From: an uncultured delta proteobacterium
GTDB lineage: Bacteria > Myxococcota > UBA727 > VGSZ01
Assembly (NCBI GenBank): GCA_963775425.1
Contig: CAVZJB010000016.1
Coordinates: forward strand, 672,001 to 736,000
Length of the DNA: 64,000 bases
Direction: 5' to 3'
A model generated the notes under the pieces. The model was not told the DNA's origin. It made no database searches and was given only the letters and a program-made list of their open reading frames with translations. Made by a program: the position numbers and the translations under genes. Positions 9,701 to 16,907 of the stretch are shown one piece after another (the stretch's first letter is position 1; every line of letters begins with the position of its first letter).

Positions 9701-10010
9701 TGTCGCCGATGGGCTCGGCCGAGAAGCCCTCCTTGGTGAAGGCCAGGGCGTAGGAGCCGATGGGCAGCCCGTCGAGACGGAAGCGGCCCCGCCCGTCGGT
9801 GACCGCCGACTGCTTGCCCTGCATCGCGGGGCTTGTGGCGGTGACGGTGACGCCGGCGACGTCTTCGCCGGTGTCGCCGTCGACGACGTCGCCGATGATG
9901 ACGCCGTCGTTCATCTGTGCGTGCGCGGGCGCGGCGAAGCCCAACGCGAGCGCGAGCCCGAGTGGGAGAGCGAGCCCGGCGAGCGAGGCGAAGGACAGGC
10001 TGGTGCGCAT
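6798..10010 (-). CDS. oar: Oar-family TonB-dependent outer membrane transporter
   Basis: Signal peptide, carboxypeptidase-regulatory-like N-domain, plug ENQYVIDG, GGYMPEYGRSMGG..NVVTKSGGN, C-terminal LGARWSF; paired with mlpA. Confidence 0.9.
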   Translation of the reverse strand: MRTSLSFASLAGLALPLGLALALGFAAPAHAQMNDGVIIGDVVDGDTGEDVAGVTVTATSPAMQGKQSAVTDGRGRFRLDGLPIGSYALAFTKEGFSAEPIGDIKLRAGATLRYDAVIYKSSSSLSAGAGDTVRVVATAPVVDVGSTQSGGTLNSDVTRRVPLVAPGGRGGAQRSFEAAAHAMPQVQDDVYGAGVNGATSVENQYVIDGISVNNTGYGYLGSPLSLEFIDEVSVITGGYMPEYGRSMGGLLNVVTKSGGNETHGSVFANGSPGFLEGERQLAANNGSAIRVQPSLNYVGDVGFELGGPILPDSLWYYVGADLNQQSFKVTRRLFKSDGTEIQGTRKDFFAEGTGLQAIAKLTWLANEDNRLSFTLLATPTVSGGNGKLSIDPLTGRPEQGIGENQFEGSFPALAHIRRSGAVDAEVKWTSSLLNKKLKLDTSIGYHNELGGETPSDGSAIGSGKGLAAIPRVFFRRSNPGPHSITDFEVVPDSAGCDPAGTDNATECPVTSYQFGGNGIMEEQQFNLVQLRHVTTYLADFLGLHVLKAGAEVGYGAYDELKAYGGGLLFKESTSGSSYSDNRGFGFLTGPDTDPNNVVHLDSLHAVTHDFFVAGFLQDSWSLNDLLTVNLGLRYDGEWLQGGDNVTALAMPNELSPRAGVIVDPLQSGKLKIFGSYARYYETIPLDIADRQGTPEPSPIAVHDASACDPRDPKQLNGADSACRTDANRFVINDPSAPNQKYLIVGAGRTPIDPDIQPSASDEIMLGAEAEVFKDARVSATYTRRWIGCPWNGAESVGGGALCTRTIEDMSRDEANTYFIGNPGFGIASDFPIAQRNYDALTLQFYKQWGDEWLAEASYTLSSLTGNYAGLFRPETEQLDPNINSDFDLKSLVVNRNGPLPFDHTHTVKFFGAREFQTAYDTHFTVGAAGSAQSGAPSNLLGSHPVYGGKEVFILPRGSGDRLPPSFSLDGKVGFTFSPFKGQAVELTLDVFNIFNFQSPILLDEEFTAADVNPLINCQKGVQDSCTRKDLSKLKNADNTSFDPVDKNPNFGQPLQFQAPRTVSLGARWSF

Positions 10011-10036
10011 GAAGCCCCCTGACGATGTGAGCGCGC

Positions 10037-10087
10037 CGGCTACACCGCTCGCGGACGCCGTTCAACCGGGGCTGTCAGGTCCTGTCA
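10037..10087 (-). promoter_or_regulatory. Putative oar promoter with upstream 10-bp-period direct repeat
   Basis: Minus strand TTGAAC-17nt-TAGCCG; CTGTCA repeated at 10072 and 10082. Confidence 0.4.
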
Positions 10088-12136
10088 GTCTTCGAGCTGA
10101 CTGAGCGGGATGAGCTCAGGCTTCTTCACGCGGTAGGTCTTCTCGACGTGGCGGACCAACTCGTAGAAGGCCTGCTCGAACTGGCGGTCCTGGCGGGGCG
10201 CGCCCTCGAAGTCCGCGTAGAAGTTGCCCGTCCAACAGACTCCGGGCGGGCACTGGCCGTCCACCCAGATGACGATGGCGCGCTGGAGGTCCGTCTTTCC
10301 GTCGGCGATGCGATCCGTGCGCGCCGACTGCTTCATCGGCCCCCACAGCGCGAGGCCGGTGGCGGACATGTTCTGCGCGCTCATGCCCTGGCCGTGGAAG
10401 AAGTAGACGACGGGGTACCGCGTCTTGTGGGCCTCCGGCAGGAAGTAGTCCGGGGGGAGCATGACGGCGTAGACCTGATCATGGCCGAGCACGTCGCTGT
10501 GGTACGAGGACATCTGCGAGAAGTCGGTGAGGGTGCCGTTCGGTGACTCCATGTCCGAGATGTCGCCGCCGATGGCGACGTCGCGGCCCTCGGCCGGCAT
10601 GCGCGCCGACAGGAACGAAAACAGCGTGAAGAGGCGGTCGACCACCTGCGGGCCGACGTGGTTGCCGCTGCCCTGCACGTCGTCGCTGGAGGGGCAGATG
10701 GACGGGTCTCCGTAGCGCAGGTACGCCACCTGCCCCATCGCCTTGCGCGAGTAGTCGGCGTTCAGGTAGAGGTAGCTGCCCGTGATGCCGGGCAGGTTCT
10801 TGAAGTCGGTGAAGGACTGGGCGTCGGGCACGCGCTTTTGGACCTCGTCGAAGAGCGCGTTTTCGTTCTGGGCCGTGTTCAGGAAGTCGCGGATGCCGGC
10901 GTCCATCCAGATGTCGAGGCGCTTCACCTGCGCGTCGCTCATGTGGCGAAAGGTCTGGATGGGCGAGCGATCGAACGCGCGCTGGATGTGCGGCGCCACG
11001 GTGTACAGGCCGTCGCCCTCGCCGAGGTCGCCGGTGCCGGCGACGCCGTCGAGGCCGAAGTCCTCGAAGGCCTCGCCGTCGTCGTGCTTGAGGTTGCCCT
11101 CGGTGCCGTCGGGGTTGTCGAAGGGGTCGAAGTCGTCGTGGGCAGGGTCGGGGTTGGTGTCGGCGTTGAAGCCGGGCTCGTCGGCGTCGGCGAGGCCGTC
11201 GACGCCGAAGTCCTCGAAGCGCTCGTGGGCGTTGGCGAGCACCGGCTCGGCGTAGTCGCGCTTGCCGTTGCCGTTGATGTCGAGGGCGAGCCCGAAGTCC
11301 ATCACGTGGTTCTGGTGCCCCGGGTTCGTGGGATCGTAGTCACCCGAGCCGCCGCTGGTGCCGTCGCAGAACGTGATGGCGTCGTAGGTGCCGTCCGGGT
11401 TGTATTCCTTGTTGTAGAAGTTGTGCACGTGCACCGGGTTGCTGCACCGGTCGCCGATGTCGCCCTGCGGGTCCACGCGGAAGCTCGCCGGCACGCCCGG
11501 CGGCAGATACGCGTCGTCGGGGTTGTCGTACAGGAGGTTGCCGTAGATGGCGGTGAGGTCGGCGATGCTCTCGATGAACGTGTTGCGCGAGAACGATCCG
11601 CCGCGCCCCTCGTCGGGGCCCCGGTACCAGTGGTTGAAGTCCGAGCGGAACATGGCGCACTGGCTCCCCGGGGCGCTCACGAGGTACCCGGGCGTCACCT
11701 GGTCGGGGCCGTTCATGGGCCAACTGTCGTGGACGCCGCACCAGATGTCGGGGTTGCTGGCGTCGTCGAGGTCGACGCCGTCGGCGACGAGCTGCTCGAG
11801 CTTGTCCTTGGGGCAGAAGCCGGTGAGGTGGTTGGACTCGAGCATGCCGACGAAGAACTCGACGTCGGTGACGGGCCCGCCCATGTCCGCGACGATGTCG
11901 TACAGCTCCGGGTGGGCGAAGCCGATGCGGGCGGCGGTGCCGCCGCCCATGGAGACGCCGGCGACCGCGCGGTAGGTGAAGCAGCGGGCGTCGGGGTGGG
12001 CGGCGATGGTGGCCTCGTCGCAGGCGGCCACGCCCTCGCTCTCGCCGAATTTCACGTCGTCGGGCGCGGGCGTGTTCACACAAGCGGCTGCGCCGAGGAC
12101 GGCGGCGGTGAGGGCGGCAGCATGGACAAAGCGCAT
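10085..12136 (-). CDS. Lipoprotein with alpha/beta-hydrolase (esterase-like) motifs in permuted order and an acidic Ca-binding-like insert
   Basis: Lipobox AAAC; GVSMGG near the N-terminus; LPPDY...YPVVYFFHG near the C-terminus; DINGNG/DGVAG repeats. Confidence 0.75.
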   Translation of the reverse strand: MRFVHAAALTAAVLGAAACVNTPAPDDVKFGESEGVAACDEATIAAHPDARCFTYRAVAGVSMGGGTAARIGFAHPELYDIVADMGGPVTDVEFFVGMLESNHLTGFCPKDKLEQLVADGVDLDDASNPDIWCGVHDSWPMNGPDQVTPGYLVSAPGSQCAMFRSDFNHWYRGPDEGRGGSFSRNTFIESIADLTAIYGNLLYDNPDDAYLPPGVPASFRVDPQGDIGDRCSNPVHVHNFYNKEYNPDGTYDAITFCDGTSGGSGDYDPTNPGHQNHVMDFGLALDINGNGKRDYAEPVLANAHERFEDFGVDGLADADEPGFNADTNPDPAHDDFDPFDNPDGTEGNLKHDDGEAFEDFGLDGVAGTGDLGEGDGLYTVAPHIQRAFDRSPIQTFRHMSDAQVKRLDIWMDAGIRDFLNTAQNENALFDEVQKRVPDAQSFTDFKNLPGITGSYLYLNADYSRKAMGQVAYLRYGDPSICPSSDDVQGSGNHVGPQVVDRLFTLFSFLSARMPAEGRDVAIGGDISDMESPNGTLTDFSQMSSYHSDVLGHDQVYAVMLPPDYFLPEAHKTRYPVVYFFHGQGMSAQNMSATGLALWGPMKQSARTDRIADGKTDLQRAIVIWVDGQCPPGVCWTGNFYADFEGAPRQDRQFEQAFYELVRHVEKTYRVKKPELIPLSQLED

Positions 12137-12263
12137 GGAATTCCCCGGGGAAACGCCCGATGTCTAGTCCCGTCATCCCCGACGGTAAATCGGGGATCCC
12201 CCTTTCGCCGCCTCGCGTCACGCCCCCGTTGAGGGCGTCGCGGGGGCACGCTAGCGCTGCGCC

Positions 12264-13730
12264 ATGGCCGACGGGATGCCGACGAAGGCGGAGCTGAAGA
12301 AGAACCTGCGCGTGCTGCAGCAGCGGCTGCAGGAGCGGCCGATGGATCTGGACGCGCGCATGCGCGTCGCCCGCACGTATCGCTTGCTCCACCGCAGTGA
12401 AGACGCCGTCGCCCACTACGCCGCCGTCGCCCGCTACCTCTCGTTGGCCGGACACCCGCTGCAGGCCATCGCCGTGTTGAAGGAGCTCCTGCAGGTCGAT
12501 CCCAAGCACGAAGAGACGCTCCTGTTCCTCGCCAAGCTCTACGCGCGCACCCGCGCCGCCGACACCACCAACCGCGGGCGCGTGGCGGTGCCCATCCTCG
12601 ATCCCTCGGAGATGCAGGGCGGCCTCGAGACCCTCCACGAGGGGATCCCGCTCACCTCCACCGGCATCTGGCGCGCCATCTCGCCCGTCGCGGCGAGCAC
12701 GCTCGAGAAGCCCGCCGAGGTGCCCGTCGAACAGAGCGACGTCGTCGAGGAGACCGCGCTCGACCTCAAGCGGCGCTCGATGACGCAGGGCGAAGAGGAG
12801 CCCGAGATCATCGCCGACGTCGACTTCGGCGACGACTACGAGGTCATCGGCCAGATGACCACGGGTGACGTGCTGCTGCCGCAGGTGCCGCTGTTCTCCT
12901 CGTTGTCACCGGAGGCGTTCGTCCACCTCAGCCACTCGATGATGTTTCAGAAGGCCAAGGCGGGCTCGGTGATCTTCGAGGAGCGCCAGCCCGGGGACTC
13001 CTGCATCGTCATCGCCCGCGGGCGCGCGCTCGTCACGCGCGGAGACGGAAAGGGCGGCGCCGTCGACCTCATGCAACTGTCCGAGGGCGACATCGCCGGC
13101 GTGTTCGCGCTCATGGCGGCGCAGACGCGACAGGCGAGCCTGACCGCCGTCACCGACCTCGAGTACTTCGAGATCGACAGAGACGCCGTCGACGACCTCG
13201 TGCAGAAGCACCCCGCCATGAAGGCCACGCTGCAGCGCTTCTTTCGCGAGCGCCTGCTGTTGTCGCTCCTCGCATCGCTGCCGTTCTTTCAGAGCCTCGA
13301 GGCGTCGGCGCGGCAGGACATCGTCAAGCGCTTCAGTGACCGCGACTACGAGCCCGGCGACGAGCTGTTCTTCGAGGGCGCGGAGAACGACGGGCTGTGG
13401 GTCGTCCTCGAGGGGCGCGTCGGCGTCGGCAAGGAGAAGGAGGGCAAGATCGAGCCCATCCACGGCCTCGAGCTGCGCCCCGGCGACTACGTCGGCAGCC
13501 TCGCCCGCGTCGACACCGCGCAGACCGACCTCGGCGCCGTCGCCAAGACCGTCGCCAAGGTCGCGGTGCTGCCGCACAAGGCGTTCTCGGACATCCTCGA
13601 GCGCCACCTCACCGAGGACGGCGACATGGCCGTCGTCCGCGAGCGCTTCACCCGCGCCGGCGTCATGGTCGGCGAGCACGTCTTCGCCGGCAACGGCACC
13701 ATCAGCGGCCACCTCGTCGCCGTGCGCTGA
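12264..13730 (+). CDS. TPR plus tandem cyclic-nucleotide-binding domain protein
   Basis: N-terminal TPR-like helices; VPLFSSLS...IFEERQPGDS...LSEGDIAGVFALM...RQAS; second domain LFFEGAENDGLWVVLEG...PGDYVG. Confidence 0.85.
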   Translation: MADGMPTKAELKKNLRVLQQRLQERPMDLDARMRVARTYRLLHRSEDAVAHYAAVARYLSLAGHPLQAIAVLKELLQVDPKHEETLLFLAKLYARTRAADTTNRGRVAVPILDPSEMQGGLETLHEGIPLTSTGIWRAISPVAASTLEKPAEVPVEQSDVVEETALDLKRRSMTQGEEEPEIIADVDFGDDYEVIGQMTTGDVLLPQVPLFSSLSPEAFVHLSHSMMFQKAKAGSVIFEERQPGDSCIVIARGRALVTRGDGKGGAVDLMQLSEGDIAGVFALMAAQTRQASLTAVTDLEYFEIDRDAVDDLVQKHPAMKATLQRFFRERLLLSLLASLPFFQSLEASARQDIVKRFSDRDYEPGDELFFEGAENDGLWVVLEGRVGVGKEKEGKIEPIHGLELRPGDYVGSLARVDTAQTDLGAVAKTVAKVAVLPHKAFSDILERHLTEDGDMAVVRERFTRAGVMVGEHVFAGNGTISGHLVAVR

Positions 13731-13731
13731 A

Positions 13732-14510
13732 AGGCTGACGAAAAACAAGGCTCGTAGCAGCACTCGGCGAAGCCGCCCACAAGGTGGCTCGCCGCGCGGA
13801 GTACGTGGCGAGGCACGTCGGCGCGCAAGAACCGCTGCAGGTTGTGAGGAAACGGCGGGTCCGAGCGGTGTTGTGATCCCGCTATCAGCGCACGTGGCGG
13901 GTTCGTGCGGGTCGTGTGCGCGCCGACGTGCCTCGATGCGACGTCGGCGCGGACTTCAGGCGGTGAGCTTCGCGAGGTTCTGCAGCAGGTTGAAGGCCAC
14001 GGCTGCCATCAGGGCGACCGTCGTCACCTTCGCTAGCCCCGTACGTAGAGCGTGTCGACGGCGTTGGCGTGCTCGGTGAGACCAGGGCGCGTGCGGTATC
14101 GCGCCTTCGCTGCGGCTCTTCATCCACGCCCTGTACGGGTCCAGCCGTGGATCAGGCTTCCGGTGCTTGCGGCGATCGCCGGCCCCGCGCGGCCGCGCTT
14201 GAGCTTCACCATGCAAGGTGATCAGCTCGAGCCGCACTTTGGCCCGCAAAGCTCGGTGAGTTGCGAGTGCTTGGGCGCTCGGAATCAGCGAAGGCTAGAC
14301 AACGTCGCCACCGCCGGAGCGGAAAGGAGCGGAGAGGTCGGCGCCCCGGCGCTCAACTCGGCGCGCGTCTTCGTCGCCGAGCTCGGAGCTCCTTTCCGCT
14401 CCGCCGTGTGGCCGTAGCACCGTCCCCTTCCGGGTGGCTCGGAGCCCTCGTCGCCACTCGCGGCGCTCTCGATGACGCGGATCCCGATGGATCACGTTAC
14501 GCGTCAGCCT
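13732..14510. mobile_element. Internally deleted, decayed IS1182-like element (MITE-like)
   Basis: Imperfect 15-bp terminal inverted repeats AGGCTGACGAAAAAC (13732) and revcomp AGGCTGACGCGTAAC (14496-14510); atypical composition; transposase C-terminal remnant; sits between convergent genes; no TSD seen. Confidence 0.65.
13956..14170 (-). pseudogene. Frameshifted C-terminal fragment of an IS1182-family DDE transposase
   Basis: Stitching frames gives WMKS/AAAKARYRTRPGLTEHANA.../GLAKVTTVALMAAVAFNLLQ, matching the IS1182-type Y..R....E..N...RGL.KV.......A.NL tail. Confidence 0.7.
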
Positions 14511-14525
14511 CTATGAGCCGAGCGG

Positions 14526-16907
14526 CTACGGCGCGATCTTCCACGTCGACGGCGGGAAGAACACCTCCGTGGACGGCGCGTTCCTCAAAGAGACGCTCGC
14601 CACCCGCGCGTGCAGCGCGCCCGCGAGCGTGGGGACCACCTCGTAACGCGCGTCGAACAGCTCGCCCTGGCCGCGCGCGGGCGCGTTCAGCGTGACGACG
14701 CCGTCGGTGACGTCGAAGTCGTCGATGACGCCGTCTTGCACGAGCGCCTCGAGCGACGAGCGCACCGGGTCCACGCCGGCGGGCAACCCCTGCACGACGT
14801 GGAGCGCGGCGCCGCCGGGCGCCACGGCGCGCAGCTCGACCTTGGCGGCCTTGCCCACCGCGAGCGCCTTGTCGACGTTCACATCGAGCGTGAGCCCCGC
14901 GTCGGGCGGCGGCGCCGGCCACGGCACCGCGTAGTCGACGGCGAGCACGTAGCTCAGGCCCGGCAGCGGCGGGTCTGCCTCGACGACGACGGCGACGCGC
15001 GCGGGCGCGCCGTCCTTGCTCTTCGCCGGCTCCACCGGGCCGTCGAGCGTCATCACCTCGTGGAGCCGCGCGCCGGTGAGCGTGTCGGTGCCGACGCTCT
15101 TCCCGTCGACGGCGAGCGACACCGTGACCTTGGACGGCAGCGGTTGCGCGAACAGGAGCGCCACGGCGTCGAGCGCGGCGCGGTTGGTGCGCCCGTCGCC
15201 GAAGCCGCTCCCCGGGCGATACGCCGACAGGAGCGCCGCGCCGAGGTCGGGCAACAGCGCGCTCGCCTCGGGCGCGGCGTGAAGCGCGAGCACCGCCACC
15301 GCCGTGGCCTCGATCTCCGAGGGCGGCGCGCCGTCGCTGCGCTGGGCGCCGGCGGGCACGGGCAACACCCGGGTGCCGTCCTTGTGCTGCACCAGGGCGT
15401 CCATCACCTGCTTCCGCAGCTTCTTCAGCAGATCGTCGCCGACGACGCCGCTTTGGGCGACGACGGCGGCCGTGTACGGGTCGTGGATCTGACCCGCGTA
15501 GCGCTCGAACGCGCCGCGCGCGCGCAGCGTGGCCGCGGCGGCGCGGCTGTTGTCCTCGTCGTCGGCGCCGTCGGCCGACGCCGCCGCGCGCACCGCGGCG
15601 ATGCCGTCGGCGGTGGCGACGAGCAGCCGCGGCACGGGCCAGCCGTCGCCGCCGCCGAAGGTGCCGTCGGGCCGCTGCGAGCGCGCCACCAGCGCGGCCA
15701 GGTGCTCGCCGCTGCGGCCGATGAGGCCGTCGCCGGGCGACGCGAGCGCGCCCGGCGCCAGCGCGGCCGCCGCGATGGGATCGGGGTTGAGCGCGCGCCG
15801 CGCCAGCCGTTGCGCGGCGATGCGCGACAGGTGCGTGAGGGTCTTTTTGTCGACGGGAGCGCCGAGCCTGGCCGACAGCTCACGCGCGCGGCCCACCAGC
15901 GCCAGCAGGTAGGCATCGTCGTCGAGCCCCGCGCGGTCCGGCGCCGACGCCAGCTCCGCGCGCAACAGCGCGAGCGCGCCGGGGAACACCTGGAGGCTCA
16001 CGCGCGCGCTCGCCGGGAGCGGCGCGCCGCCGGGCAGCTCGATGTCGAAGGCGCGGCGCACCGCGAGCGTGCCACCGGCCTCGACGTGCATGGGCCGGCC
16101 CGGGCTCTTCACGGAGATGGTGCGCCGAACGGAGTCGTCGCCGCCCGCGTCGGCCTGAACGACCACCTCACCGGGCGAGGGCGTATCCAGCCACGCGGTG
16201 GCCGAGGCCGTGGAGGACGCGTCCGCGCGCAGCGACGCCGGCACGCGCGACAGCGTGCCGCCCTCGACCTTGGCGGTGATGACCTCGGTGCGCGCGGCCT
16301 CGGTGGTGTTGGTGATCTGCAGCGGCAGCGCCACGTGATCGCCGGCGACGAGGAAGTGCGGCACGACGAGGTCGATGGACGCGGGGAGCTGGCTCTGCAT
16401 GGTGGTCACCGCCCCCGCTTGCGCGCCCGCGCGGGAGTGGGCGAGGGCGAGCACGCGCCACGTGGTGAGCCGATCGGGCACGAGCACGTCGAGGGTGGCC
16501 TTGCCGGCGGCGTCGGTGATGACGCTGGGCGCGAACAGGAACGTCTCGGGGAACCACGCGCGGGTGGGGGCGGCGTTTTGCGCCGGCCCCGGCTCCGGAG
16601 ACGGCGGCGCCGCCGGCAGGTCCCTCTCGGCGTCGAGGGCGGCCGCCTCCTTCGCGGCGACGCGCCCGCGGTGCCGCGGCGCCGCGGCCTTCTTCTCGAG
16701 GGGCGCCGTCTGCGCGACATCCATGTTCGCCGCGATTCCCGCTCCACCGACCGCTGCCGCTGCGGGCGCCGGCGGCGGAGGCAACGGCACGATGGCGGGC
16801 GCGGCGCTCTTGTCGTTCCGGCCGCACCCGGCGAGCAGCGCCACGGCGACGGCGGCCGCGAGGAGCGCCGCGCGGCGCCGCACGAGGAGGGTGATGGCGG
16901 CGATCAT
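14526..16907 (-). CDS. Alpha-2-macroglobulin-family lipoprotein (C-terminal half: A2M domain, TED-like region, receptor-like end)
   Basis: Lipobox LAGC; RAWFPETFLF...DAAGKA...VPDRLTTWRVLALA; SQRPDGTFG helical-barrel motif; ATGA overlap with the upstream gene. Confidence 0.85.
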   Translation of the reverse strand: MIAAITLLVRRRAALLAAAVAVALLAGCGRNDKSAAPAIVPLPPPPAPAAAAVGGAGIAANMDVAQTAPLEKKAAAPRHRGRVAAKEAAALDAERDLPAAPPSPEPGPAQNAAPTRAWFPETFLFAPSVITDAAGKATLDVLVPDRLTTWRVLALAHSRAGAQAGAVTTMQSQLPASIDLVVPHFLVAGDHVALPLQITNTTEAARTEVITAKVEGGTLSRVPASLRADASSTASATAWLDTPSPGEVVVQADAGGDDSVRRTISVKSPGRPMHVEAGGTLAVRRAFDIELPGGAPLPASARVSLQVFPGALALLRAELASAPDRAGLDDDAYLLALVGRARELSARLGAPVDKKTLTHLSRIAAQRLARRALNPDPIAAAALAPGALASPGDGLIGRSGEHLAALVARSQRPDGTFGGGDGWPVPRLLVATADGIAAVRAAASADGADDEDNSRAAAATLRARGAFERYAGQIHDPYTAAVVAQSGVVGDDLLKKLRKQVMDALVQHKDGTRVLPVPAGAQRSDGAPPSEIEATAVAVLALHAAPEASALLPDLGAALLSAYRPGSGFGDGRTNRAALDAVALLFAQPLPSKVTVSLAVDGKSVGTDTLTGARLHEVMTLDGPVEPAKSKDGAPARVAVVVEADPPLPGLSYVLAVDYAVPWPAPPPDAGLTLDVNVDKALAVGKAAKVELRAVAPGGAALHVVQGLPAGVDPVRSSLEALVQDGVIDDFDVTDGVVTLNAPARGQGELFDARYEVVPTLAGALHARVASVSLRNAPSTEVFFPPSTWKIAP

